From positions 1,091,044 to 1,155,043 of the forward strand of contig CBDFJF010000002.1 of the NCBI GenBank assembly GCA_965248265.1: DNA of 64,000 nucleotides, written 5' to 3'. Made by a program: the position numbers and the translations under genes. Of the stretch, positions 52,032-61,519 are shown one piece after another (positions within the stretch are counted from its first letter, which is position 1; the number at the start of each line of letters is the position of its first letter). Under the pieces are notes generated by a model. The model worked only from the letters and a program-made list of their open reading frames with translations. It had not been told where the DNA came from and ran no database searches. Source of the DNA: Candidatus Latescibacterota bacterium. GTDB lineage: Bacteria > Latescibacterota > UBA2968 > UBA8231.

Positions 52032-52988
52032 CTATGGCCACAGGAACAACACACCCATCGCCTGGTCGGGGTGCTCGTAGAGAAAATCAAAGCCCTCCTT
52101 GGCCTGTTGCCCGTCGAATCGGTGGGTGATCAGCGGCTCGACCGCGACCTCCCTTGCGGACAGTGCCGTCATCGCCACCTGCCCGGCCTCGTTGCGGTCC
52201 GTGTCCGGCGGGTAGCCACCGATCAGGCGTTTGCCCATCATCTTCGAGGCATCCAGCGGCAGGGGGGCGTTGTGGTAGATGCCTATCAGTTGCAACAGGC
52301 CCCCGGGAGCGAGCATTTCCTGGGCCTGCGCAAACGACTCGATCCCGGCGCGACCGCCGACGCAGTCTATCACGATGGTGGCCAGGTCGCCGCCGGTGAG
52401 GCGCGAGACCGCTTCTACCGGATCTTCCTCGGCGGCGTTTACCACCTCCGGGGCGCCGACTTCGGCGGCCAATCGACAGCGCAACTCCAGGGCATCGACG
52501 GCGATCAGCTGCGCGGGCTGATAACGCCGTGCGCACTGCATCACCAGGTTGCCGACGATACCCTGGCCGAGCACGACAACGCGGTCCTGCGGGGTGATCC
52601 CGGCAACCCCGGTCCAGCCGACGCTGCTCGTAGTCAGGGGATGGAAAGTGCCCTCTTCGAGGGAGAGATCGGGATGCAGGGGGACGACCCGCTCGGTGAG
52701 GGAGTACTCGGCGTGGGGAGCGCTGGCGACGACGCGATCTCCCGGGGTCACCCGAGTCACACCTTCGCCCACGAGCTCGACAATTCCCGTCGTAGAGTAG
52801 CCCATTGCGCTGGGATCGACCGCCTCTTCCCGCTCGTAGCGGCGCCATAACTCCGAGCCGCGACTGATCAGGCTGACCTGCGTGCGACTCAGCACCTGGC
52901 CCGGACCCGGCTCGGGGATGGGCACCTGCTCCAATACGACGTTGCCAACGCCCTCGTGCTTGGCCGTCCGCCACATCATCTCAGCCAT
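52032..52988 (-). CDS. Zinc-binding alcohol dehydrogenase (MDR) family oxidoreductase
   Basis: GDRVV ... VVVLGQGIVGNLVMQCA Rossmann motif. It is 318 aa. Confidence 0.6.
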   Translation of the reverse strand: MAEMMWRTAKHEGVGNVVLEQVPIPEPGPGQVLSRTQVSLISRGSELWRRYEREEAVDPSAMGYSTTGIVELVGEGVTRVTPGDRVVASAPHAEYSLTERVVPLHPDLSLEEGTFHPLTTSSVGWTGVAGITPQDRVVVLGQGIVGNLVMQCARRYQPAQLIAVDALELRCRLAAEVGAPEVVNAAEEDPVEAVSRLTGGDLATIVIDCVGGRAGIESFAQAQEMLAPGGLLQLIGIYHNAPLPLDASKMMGKRLIGGYPPDTDRNEAGQVAMTALSAREVAVEPLITHRFDGQQAKEGFDFLYEHPDQAMGVLFLWP

Positions 52989-53014
52989 GGTGGTCCTCCT
53001 CTTTCTTTTTTGGC

Positions 53015-53555
53015 TCAGTCCAGCAGGTCCAGCGCCTGCATCGCGGCGCGGATGTAGCCGAGGGCGAATGCACGGCCCCGGTGACCGTAGGCCGAGTCGC
53101 CGATCACCCTCGGCGTGTGGTCCGGGGTGATCACGCCCTGGTAGCCGGCGTCACGGTAGGCCTTGAGCGCCGCGATCATGTTCACGTCGCCCTCGTCGAT
53201 GAAAACTTCGTCGAACTTGGGTACGCCCCCTTTTACGTTGCGGAAATGGACGTAGAAGATCTTGTCCTGGGAGGCGAATCGCTCGATCGCGTCGAGGGTG
53301 TCTGCCGGTCCCATTTCCGCCACAGTGCCCTGGCAGAACTCGAGCCCGTTGTTGGGACTGGGCACCAGGTCGATCAGTCGTTGCATGGCGTCGTGGCTGG
53401 TCAACAGGCGACCGGTCCCGAACAGGCTCTCCACCGGAGGATCATCCTGATGGGCCGCAAGCTGCACGCCGGCGCGCTCGGCCACGGGCACGATGCGCTT
53501 GAGCATGTAGGCCAGCCGCTCCCACATCTGATCGACCGACACCGGCGCGTCTTCA
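53015..53555 (-). pseudogene. 5'-truncated mannonate dehydratase (uxuA) paralog. Only the C-terminal roughly 178 codons are present, and it is cut at the start of repeat copy 4.
   Basis: It aligns to the C-terminal half of 36648-37632 (WERLAYMLKRIVPVAERAGVQLAAHQDDPP ... IFYVHFRNVKGGVPKFDEVFIDEGDVNM ... GYQGVITPDHTPR). Confidence 0.65.
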
Positions 53556-54090
53556 GCGCTTAGTGAGGATAAGATAGGTTATCGTTGCTAAGTCAGGCGG
53601 CGTTTTTTGCAATTTGCCGCATTTTGCCAGCATTGATGGCGGTTCTTTGTGGGGTGACGGTCGATCGACGAAAGCTGAGGCTTCGAACAGTGTCCTCGGA
53701 GCCGCTCTAAGCGAAACGGGCGTTTTCAGCGACAGATCAGGGCACAGCGGTGACGTTGCTGTGACCGCGAATCGATTTCAGGCGGCGAAATCCAGTTCAG
53801 GTTGGGGGTGGGGGCGTGCGGGTGCGATCGGCGGTGCCCGTGATGGCAGGCCGACGCCTTCTAGGTAGCGCGCAATGGAGCGGGGCTCGGTAAGGGCCGC
53901 AACTCCCTTCATCGGGCCGCCGCAGGCGGGGCATATGGTTACGTCGAATCGAAAAACGCGTGCCAATAAGGTCGACCAAGAAAGGCGATGACGGCGTTGG
54001 GCGGGCGTCGGCTCAGAACCTCGACCGGGGAGCGCTTGGGGGGCCTGCCTCTCTTCCTTTGGGGGGACGGGGTATCGGTGGTTGCCCACA
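53556..54090 (-). mobile_element. IS91-family element end, copy 4. It consists of the 214-bp module plus a roughly 100-codon transposase 3' remnant.
   Basis: The module is identical to the others. The reverse frame reads ...EPTPAQRRHRLSWSTLLARVFRFDVTICPACGGPMKGVAALTEPRSIARYLEGVGLPSRAPPIAPARPHPQPELDFAA*. Confidence 0.7.
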
Positions 54091-54468
54091 GCAATGGGCG
54101 TTGACGGGGATACAACAGTGGATTATGTATGGGACGAAGATAGTCAGGCAGCTAGAGCAGTGGGAAGCGGGAATCAGTCAAACGTGCGATGCTCTGCGAG
54201 CATCTCCGTGATATTCCGATGGGCGCCGGAGGACGAGGTCGCAGTCAGCCTGGACGGAAACGCACTCGGCTCTCCGGCCATCATCGATGTTGCCGAGAAC
54301 GACGACGCCCCACCGAGGGTGTCGGAGAACAAGTGGCTGGTCTGGGACCTTAAGCCCGATCAGATCGCCAAGGGAGCGCACACGATCAAAGTGGTTCTGG
54401 TCAATCGAGATTCCAGAATCAAGGTGCCCCTGACCATCGACCATGTCGATCTACACGTGAGATACTGA
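54082..54468 (+). CDS. Hypothetical small protein (128 aa, possibly a beta-sandwich domain). The start is uncertain.
   Basis: This is an ORF only. It overlaps the end of the tnp remnant. Confidence 0.25.
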   Translation: MPTAMGVDGDTTVDYVWDEDSQAARAVGSGNQSNVRCSASISVIFRWAPEDEVAVSLDGNALGSPAIIDVAENDDAPPRVSENKWLVWDLKPDQIAKGAHTIKVVLVNRDSRIKVPLTIDHVDLHVRY

Positions 54469-54515
54469 TAGAACCGTACCCCCTCCATACCGCTCGATCT
54501 CCCAGAGGAGCCGCG

Positions 54516-56342
54516 ATGAAATACGCAGGGTGTCTTTCACACAGGGTCTCGCGCCTCGCCCTTTCCTCGGGGTTGCCGGCGTGCCTGTTGTCGTGGGCTG
54601 TCGCTTCATCGGTACCGGCCGAACTTGTCGCCCAACTGGACCCTTCCGTTTCCCACAAGAAGATCATCTCTTTCCGCGGTCCCACCGCGCGTGGGCTGGC
54701 CCTGGACATCGAGAAGATGGAGAGGCTGCTGCCGGGAATCGACGGCGTCGCCATCTATCCGTCCACGTATCAGGGCGGGATATCAACCGAAGCCGTCGGG
54801 CGCATGTTCCGCAAGGATTGGCATCGGATCGAGCAGTTCGAGGATGCCATCGGCCACCTGCAGTCAGTCAAGGCCAGGGCCACGCGCTACAAACACAATT
54901 TCCTGCTGGGATACCTCACCCCCGGCGACAGGGCCATAGAAATCCCCGACTGGTTCGACGACGAATTCGAGGCCGTCATCAACAACTGGCAAGTGAGTGC
55001 CCTGTACTGTAAACGGAGCGGCCTCGACGGTATTCTCTTCGACGACGAGGTCTACTACGGCAGGAACCTGTGGTCCTACCGGGGCTCCAAGTACCAGGAC
55101 ACCAAATCAGCTCAGGAGTACGCGGATCAGGCATTCGAGCGCGGGGCACAGATCATGCGTGCGATCAACCGCGTTTTTCCCGACATCCACATCATTTCAC
55201 TGCACGGTCCGAGCCAGGCGACCCGCGAGGTCGAGCTGGGCGATCCGGCAGCAGGCTACGGCCTGATGGCCGCCTTTTTCGATGGCCTGCTATCTGAGAG
55301 CACCGGCGGAGCCAGGATCGTCGACGGGCACGAGTTGGCCTACGGCTACCGGGCGCCGGTGACGTATGCCAGGGCTCGGCAGGTGATGAAGCAGACAATG
55401 CGTGACCTCAGCAGGGTGCCGGAGCAATACGACCGGCACTGCCAGGCTGGATTCGCTTTCGTAATCGGAGCCTACGGTGAGATCGGCTTCAGCGAGGACC
55501 TCGCCACCAACTACTACACTCCAGACGAGCTGACGTGGTCATTGCACCAGGCGCTCAAGTACAGCGACGAGTATGTGTGGCTGTACCCGCCTCACTGTGA
55601 CCTGTGGGAAAAATCCGGCAAACCCGGCATCGTCGTCCCCCAGGCCTACAGAGAGGCGATCACCGCGGCGCGCCAGCAACAGGTTGCGCCGCCGGTGCTG
55701 CGCAACTTCGACGCGCACGTCGCCGCCTACCCCGGCAGCGCCAAGCCGCCGCGCAAGTTCGGGGCGCCGGTACCGGGGTTTCCGCAGGACGACGGACGTG
55801 GCGGCCTGGGTACGGTTCTGGGTTATGACGAGGACCAGACCTTCGGGGATCTATGGGACGACCACGTCCAGCTCGCGGAGCTGTCACACCACTGGCGATT
55901 CCGCATCGATCCGCTCGACGTCGGGGTCGAGGAGGGCTGGCACAGGCCGGATGTCGAGGAGCGTGACTGGTTCTGGATCACCGATCTGCTCCCGTGGGAC
56001 AACCACGGCTACCGGACCTACGACGGCCACGGATGGTACCGGCAGACGGTGGTAGTTCCGGAGCTGGAAAAAGATCGAAAGGTTTTTCTCGCTTTCGGGG
56101 CGGTCGCGCACGGCGCGGAGGTGTACGTGAATGGCGCTAGAGCCGGAAGCCACAACATGGACGGCTGGGCGTACACCTCCGGGGATCCCTGGAAGCGGCG
56201 CTTTCTCATAGACGTGAGCCCTCACCTGCACAAAGGCGCTGCAAACGTCATCACCGTCCGCGTCGTCGACTACGGACCGTGGGGCGGCGGCATCTGGAAA
56301 CCGGTCAAGTTGTTAACACCGGTTCCATCACTCCACGAATGA
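54516..56342 (+). CDS. Secreted 608-aa protein with a C-terminal GH2-type sugar-binding (jelly-roll) domain. It may be a glycoside hydrolase.
   Basis: Signal peptide. RBS gaggag. The C-terminus reads WRFRIDP...WHRPDVEERDWFWITDLLPWDNHGYRTYDGHGWYRQTVVVPE...KVFLAFGAVAHGAEVYVNGARAGSH, which resembles the GH2 N-terminal sugar-binding domain. The N-terminal roughly 400 aa are unassigned. Confidence 0.45.
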   Translation: MKYAGCLSHRVSRLALSSGLPACLLSWAVASSVPAELVAQLDPSVSHKKIISFRGPTARGLALDIEKMERLLPGIDGVAIYPSTYQGGISTEAVGRMFRKDWHRIEQFEDAIGHLQSVKARATRYKHNFLLGYLTPGDRAIEIPDWFDDEFEAVINNWQVSALYCKRSGLDGILFDDEVYYGRNLWSYRGSKYQDTKSAQEYADQAFERGAQIMRAINRVFPDIHIISLHGPSQATREVELGDPAAGYGLMAAFFDGLLSESTGGARIVDGHELAYGYRAPVTYARARQVMKQTMRDLSRVPEQYDRHCQAGFAFVIGAYGEIGFSEDLATNYYTPDELTWSLHQALKYSDEYVWLYPPHCDLWEKSGKPGIVVPQAYREAITAARQQQVAPPVLRNFDAHVAAYPGSAKPPRKFGAPVPGFPQDDGRGGLGTVLGYDEDQTFGDLWDDHVQLAELSHHWRFRIDPLDVGVEEGWHRPDVEERDWFWITDLLPWDNHGYRTYDGHGWYRQTVVVPELEKDRKVFLAFGAVAHGAEVYVNGARAGSHNMDGWAYTSGDPWKRRFLIDVSPHLHKGAANVITVRVVDYGPWGGGIWKPVKLLTPVPSLHE

Positions 56343-56609
56343 TTCCCGGATAGCCTGGATCTGTTGGGTCGTCAGGCCGATCTCGCGCACGTAGGCTTCG
56401 ACTCCGCCGTACGTGTCTGAGCGTAATCCGCATGGTTTCAGCCGGAGCCAGATAATCCATGCTCTGCGCCCGCCGCAGGTCGTCCGTGGACCATCCCGGA
56501 GGAGGCCCGTCGGTCGAATAGCGCTTGAACGGGGTTGGTGCCGTCAAAATACCGATGTTACCATCCCTCCTGGTCCGCTTCATGCACAAGAACAAGGATC
56601 CGAGGTGAT

Positions 56610-58049
56610 CTAGGTGTCAGATTCTGACAGCTCGATGTATCTCAATCGGCGCTGGTGCCTTAAGACATCTTCTCGAAGCGCTTGGGCATCCCACCCGTTC
56701 GAACGGGCCAGCTGGTGGAGATCCTCGAGGATGTCTCTGCATGAGTCCTCTCCACTGAGATCGTTCCACTCGTGCGGATCTTCCTCCAGGTCGAACAGGA
56801 GTGGGGGCAGTCCGGGTGCAAACCAGGCTTTCCATCGCCCCCGACGGATCATCCTCATCGGCACGCGTGTGCCCTCGCAGGCGTAGTCGGACAGGACAAC
56901 CCGGTCAGGCCAACCCTCGGATGGATCCTCGAGCAACGACACCAGGGAATGGCCGGGCAGCTCCTCGAATCCCCGATCCTGTCCGGTGAGCTCCAGGAAC
57001 GTCGTCATCCAATCGACGGTCGATACCGGGGCCTGGCATTGGGCGCCGGCCTTTGCACAGCGCGGAGGCACGACGATCATGGGAACCCGCACGCTGTCCT
57101 CGTAGAAATTCAGCTTCGACCAGAAACCGTGCTCTCCCATGTTGTCGCCGTGATCGGACAGGTAGACGACCCAGGTGTTGTCTGCGACACCGAGTCGATC
57201 GAGGTGAACCACGAGTCTGCCGATCTGTTCGTCCATGCAGGTGATCATGCCGTAGTAACACCGGCGCGCAGTCCGCACTTCCTTTTCTGATGCACCATCG
57301 CCGGTCAGTCCCTGCCATCGTCTGAGCCCCTCCAGCTGCGCCGGCACCGAGTCTTCGTAGCTGCGACCATCAGGCGGCGTCCGGGGCAAGGGAATATCTG
57401 CTCCGTCATATCTATCGTAGTACTCCTGGCTGACCGCATACCGGAGGTGTGGCAGATAGAGGCCGACCATGAGCGCCCACGGACGACCGCTCTCACCCGA
57501 TGTAAGGAAGGACAGCTCCTGCAATGCAGCCTCGGTGACGGCTTCGTCGAATCGTTGCACCTTCGTCGGCTCCGCCGTCGGGCCCGCGTTCTTGAGCGCA
57601 GAAAGCATGCGGTGGGCATCCTCCTGGGGCTTGTCCCAGTCTGCGTGGCAGTACGGAGTCGGCTTGTGAGCAAACTCGTCGTGCACCCGCCGCTCGAAAC
57701 CATGCATCTGGTCGTGGCCGACGAAGTGCATGCGGCCACTGATCGATGTGGTATACCCTGCGCGGCGAAGGACGTGCGCCCACGTCGGCAGATCCGACCT
57801 CAGCGGCGCGCCGAGCTCCCACACCCCGTGCTCGGGAGTCAAGAGGCCGGTCATGAAGCTGGCACGTGACGGGGTGCACATCGGGTAGCAGCAATAGGCG
57901 TTGCGGAATGAGACGCCTGCCGCCATGAGTTGATCCAGGGTAGGCGTCTGCACCGCCGGATGGCCCATGCCTCCGATCGTTTCCGGAGCATGCTGGTCCG
58001 ACATGATGATGAGGAAGTTTGGCGTCGAACTGTCGGATCGAGTGGTCAT
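56610..58049 (-). CDS. Formylglycine-dependent sulfatase (arylsulfatase family)
   Basis: LIIMSDQH ... CTPSRASFMTG (the C-x-P-x-R FGly motif). It is 479 aa. Confidence 0.85.
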   Translation of the reverse strand: MTTRSDSSTPNFLIIMSDQHAPETIGGMGHPAVQTPTLDQLMAAGVSFRNAYCCYPMCTPSRASFMTGLLTPEHGVWELGAPLRSDLPTWAHVLRRAGYTTSISGRMHFVGHDQMHGFERRVHDEFAHKPTPYCHADWDKPQEDAHRMLSALKNAGPTAEPTKVQRFDEAVTEAALQELSFLTSGESGRPWALMVGLYLPHLRYAVSQEYYDRYDGADIPLPRTPPDGRSYEDSVPAQLEGLRRWQGLTGDGASEKEVRTARRCYYGMITCMDEQIGRLVVHLDRLGVADNTWVVYLSDHGDNMGEHGFWSKLNFYEDSVRVPMIVVPPRCAKAGAQCQAPVSTVDWMTTFLELTGQDRGFEELPGHSLVSLLEDPSEGWPDRVVLSDYACEGTRVPMRMIRRGRWKAWFAPGLPPLLFDLEEDPHEWNDLSGEDSCRDILEDLHQLARSNGWDAQALREDVLRHQRRLRYIELSESDT

Positions 58050-58053
58050 GCTT

Positions 58054-58122
58054 CGTGGTGTTGGCCAAAGGCGATGGCGTGGCCGTCCGGATCGCGCACC
58101 GCAAACTCCTTCATATCGTAAT
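58054..58122 (-). pseudogene. 22-codon C-terminal remnant of a VOC/glyoxalase-family gene
   Basis: MKEFAVRDPDGHAIAFGQHHEA*. The preceding remainder of the gene is absent. Confidence 0.3.
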
Positions 58123-58168
58123 CATCCTAAATACAAGGGTGGCGATGCCAGTCGCTGCGGGCTCGACC

Positions 58169-59213
58169 TCAGTGCCCGGCCAGCTCCGTCAACGCCGCGA
58201 GTACCTGAATCCGCGCCTCGTCCGCCATTGTCCGGTCCACGTTCTCGTTCAGCCAGTCAAAGTCGTCGTCTTCGATGTCGTCCCCATGCCCCCCTGCCTC
58301 GCAGACACGGGTCGGTAGAGTCTCCAGCAACCGACGGGCGCGCTCCAATTCCGGACCTGTGATCCCCTGAGCAGAGGCTTCCTGGATCGCCCGGTCCAGC
58401 ATGGCTAAGTACTCGTAGTCCTGGATCCCTTCCCTCGTCGCCTCGAGGTGTTTGCCCGCCGTCACCGAGACCTCGTCGAGGAAGATGGGGGTGTAAGGCA
58501 ACTTGGTAGTCACATATTCGTTCCACGATGACGCGCCGCCCGTGTCGCCGAACGACCACACGTGGATGGCCTCCGCCCCGTAACGCCAGCACGTCCACGG
58601 CATAAGCCGGCCCATGTACGGATCCTTGGTCCGACCCATCCACGCATTCCAGTACTCGAGGGCGATCCCCTGATCGCGCTTGTTCCGGAAATAGTTGCGA
58701 TACGCCTCGCCCTGCTTCAGAAAGGATCCATAGTGGGGACTCAACACATGGCAAGCGTTGATCATGTCCTGGTTCGCGTCGTCCATGCTGCTGTGGATCA
58801 CATTCTCCCAGACGCGGATACCCGTGCCGGCCTCGCGGATCGGCTTCGCCCAGGCCAGGATGCGCGCGTCCGCGTCTGGGTTGGCAGGAGTATCTGCCAG
58901 CAGCGCGCGAACTGCTCCGGTGATATTCCCTTGGACCTTATGTGTTCCGCCCAGAAGGTCACCCACGCCTTCACCGCGGTATTGAATTCCGGTGTCCCCT
59001 TGGGCCATGACTCGAAATTCTCGGTCGCGTCTGCGAATACCATGTACTGGGCTGCATCCGGCCACCGCTCGATCCAGGCATCGAAGTGGTCGGTGGTGGG
59101 TGGCGCCGTCATCGCTCCCGTCTCATCGTGCGTGCCGCGCGGCAGGGCCAGCGGGTGGGCCCACGGCGAATCGACGCGGTGTTCGCGCAGATGCTCGATG
59201 AACGCCGGCAGGT
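58169..59213 (-). pseudogene. Hypothetical gene (possibly carbohydrate-active). It has a frameshift near 58980 and is 5'-truncated at the start of repeat copy 5.
   Basis: Two overlapping frames (58169-59065 and 58798-59112) continue as an open frame up to the repeat boundary at 59214. Confidence 0.45.
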
Positions 59214-59532
59214 GCGCTTAGTGAGGATAAGATAGGTTATCGTTACTAAGTCAGGCGGCGTTTTTTGCAATTTGCCGCATTTTGCCAGCATTGATGGCGG
59301 TTCTTTGTGGGGTGACGGTCGATCGACGAAAGCTGAGGCTACGAACAGTGTCCTCGGAGCCGCTCTGAGCGAAACGGGCGTTTTCAGCGACAGATCAGGG
59401 CACAGCGGTGACGTTGCTGTGACCGCGAATCGATTTCAGGCGGCGAAATCCAGTTCAGGTTGGGGGTGGGGGCGTGCGGGTGCGATCGGCGGTGCCCGTG
59501 ATGGCAGGCCGACGCCTTCCAGGTAGCGCGCA
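59214..59532 (-). mobile_element. IS91-family element end, copy 5. It consists of the 214-bp module plus a roughly 29-codon transposase 3' remnant.
   Basis: Module present. The reverse frame ends ...ARYLEGVGLPSRAPPIAPARPHPQPELDFAA*. Confidence 0.7.
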
Positions 59533-59746
59533 AGCGACTCCAGTGACGGGTCGCAGGCGTGGTAGACATCGCACTTCGAGCGTATGGCGAGAAGTTCCCC
59601 TCGCAAGGTCTGACCTCGAAGCGAACCGGCCCGCCACCTCGGCGAGATCATCGCCGCCCGGACTCTGGCTGGCGCTCGACCACTTCACCGGCCACGTCGG
59701 CAGCTTTCTCACCCAGGCGTAGCCTGCCGCGCGGGCGTCGACAGCG

Positions 59747-61504
59747 CTAACGCGGTGGGATCATCGGCAGCACGATGTGTGAAGGGCTCCCCGAGTTGTG
59801 CACGACCGTGTTCGCGGCCACCTTGCCCGACGCTTCCCGGTGAATCGGACCGCCCGTGTTGAGGTTGCGGTCGAAGCGGGGAAAGCTGCTGCTCGTGACC
59901 ACAATCCTCATGCGGTGCCCCTCGAGAAACACGTTGCTGGTGGCCCACAGGTCGATCTCGAAGCGATACACCTCTCCAGGTACCATCAGCTCCGGCTTTG
60001 CGAACGAGTCTCGGTACCGAGCCCGAAGGATGCCGTCGCACACGGGGCGTGAGTACCCGTCGGGGTGCACGTCGGTCACCCGTACGATCCAGTCGGTGTC
60101 GGGCGCCGAGGAGGTGGCGTAGAGGACGGCCTTCACCGGGCCGGTGACCTCCAGTTCCTCGGTGAGTGGCTCGCTCGTGTACGTGAGGCAGATCTCATCT
60201 ACGGGTCGCTGGTCTATCACGCCGTCGGAGATCCCCAGGGTGGCGCCGCCCAGACTGGGCACCGGTCTTTGCGGGTCGTACTCGAAGGTGTCCGCCCCTT
60301 CGGCCCCTGGAGGCGGCTCAGCCGACAGCAAGCCGTCGTTCAGCGACTCGATCGAACCGCTGCGTGGCGCGCGCAGGTAGTAGTTGACGTACGTCGTGTC
60401 GGGGAGCGGCCAGTCCTCCTCGTCGCGCCATTCGTTGCGGCCCATCACGAAGATGCGCACCGGCGGCTCGTCCATCACTCCGTTGTCGATCCCCTTGAGC
60501 CAGTAGTCGAACCAGGGCAGACGCATCTCGTTAAAGTCTCTGGCCGCGCTCTCTCCGAAGTCGAACTCGCCGACGACGTGTTCGGCGATGTTCGGGGAGC
60601 CGTGGATCCAGGGCCCGATGATGAGCTTCTGACTATTACGCGCCTCCTCGGTGCGCGCCTTCGCCTTCATGCCGAGGAAATTCTTCAGCGTGCCGGCCAG
60701 GAAGATGTCGAACCACGCCCCCTGGTGGTACGTCGGCGTCTCGATCTGGTCGTGGTGCGGCTCGATGCTGAGCCCTACCCAGTACGGCCCGGCCTCGGGG
60801 TGGTCGAGCCAGACATTGTGCCAGTCGCTCAGCCCTTCGAGGAAGGTGCACGGGTAGACAGGCAACCTGGCCAGCCAGTCGTCCATCTCCTCGCCCACCT
60901 TGCACAAGAGCTTCTTCTGGCGCTCGAGCTCTTCCCCTTCGACCAGATGCTCGAGATTCTTCTCGGTCACGGTGTGCGCCCAGTAGGTGTTGAAGCCGAG
61001 CTCGAAGGCGCCGTCGCGATAGACCCACTCGCGCTGGAAATCGGCCGACGATTCGCGTACGAATGTCGCCCGCAGGTGGGGCGGCCGGCTGAGCGCGGCG
61101 CGGTACTGGGTCGCGCCGGAATAGGAGCCACCGATCATGCCGACATTGCCGTCACACCACGACTGCGCGGCCAGCCACTCGATCGTGTCGTACCCGTCCT
61201 GATTGGCGCCGGCGCCGTCGTCTCTGAAAGGGTAGAATTCGCCGCTAGAGGCGAACCTGCCGCGCACGTCCTGGACGACGACGGCGTACCCCCGTTGCGC
61301 GAAGAATTCGGGAGAGCCCACTGCGTTCTCCGAAGCCCCGTCCTTGTTGTAGACGGTGCGCTCGAGCAGTACCGGGAACGCCCTCTCGGCGTCCGGGCGG
61401 GTCACGTCGGCGCGCAGGATCGTGCCGTCGCGCATCGGCATTTCCAGGTTCTTCTCGAAAACCGTTTCAAACTGGGGTTGTGACAGGACTGCAGTGTTGA
61501 TCAC
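59747..61504 (-). CDS. CocE/NonD-family hydrolase (X-Pro dipeptidyl-peptidase S15-like)
   Basis: N-terminal MPMRDGTILRADVTRPD ... VVVQDVRGRFASSGEF ... GMIGGSYSGATQ, typical of the CocE/NonD family. It is 585 aa. Confidence 0.7.
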   Translation of the reverse strand: MINTAVLSQPQFETVFEKNLEMPMRDGTILRADVTRPDAERAFPVLLERTVYNKDGASENAVGSPEFFAQRGYAVVVQDVRGRFASSGEFYPFRDDGAGANQDGYDTIEWLAAQSWCDGNVGMIGGSYSGATQYRAALSRPPHLRATFVRESSADFQREWVYRDGAFELGFNTYWAHTVTEKNLEHLVEGEELERQKKLLCKVGEEMDDWLARLPVYPCTFLEGLSDWHNVWLDHPEAGPYWVGLSIEPHHDQIETPTYHQGAWFDIFLAGTLKNFLGMKAKARTEEARNSQKLIIGPWIHGSPNIAEHVVGEFDFGESAARDFNEMRLPWFDYWLKGIDNGVMDEPPVRIFVMGRNEWRDEEDWPLPDTTYVNYYLRAPRSGSIESLNDGLLSAEPPPGAEGADTFEYDPQRPVPSLGGATLGISDGVIDQRPVDEICLTYTSEPLTEELEVTGPVKAVLYATSSAPDTDWIVRVTDVHPDGYSRPVCDGILRARYRDSFAKPELMVPGEVYRFEIDLWATSNVFLEGHRMRIVVTSSSFPRFDRNLNTGGPIHREASGKVAANTVVHNSGSPSHIVLPMIPPR

Positions 61505-61519
61505 GCGGTTCCTTCGATA

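Noticed and set aside
51066-52850. Very long ORFs antisense to annotated genes (51066-52850 + 594 aa, 9952-11631 - 559 aa, 15488-16759 - 423 aa, 60065-61483 + 472 aa, 33606-34412 + 268 aa and others)
   Set aside because: They are Arg/Ala/Gly-rich, low-complexity translations with no recognisable motifs. They lie opposite ORFs that have clear family signatures. In high-GC DNA the scarcity of stop codons produces such shadow ORFs.
56305-56595. A 96-aa minus-strand ORF between the 608-aa gene and the sulfatase
   Set aside because: It has no RBS and no recognisable domain. It is probably intergenic or decayed sequence.
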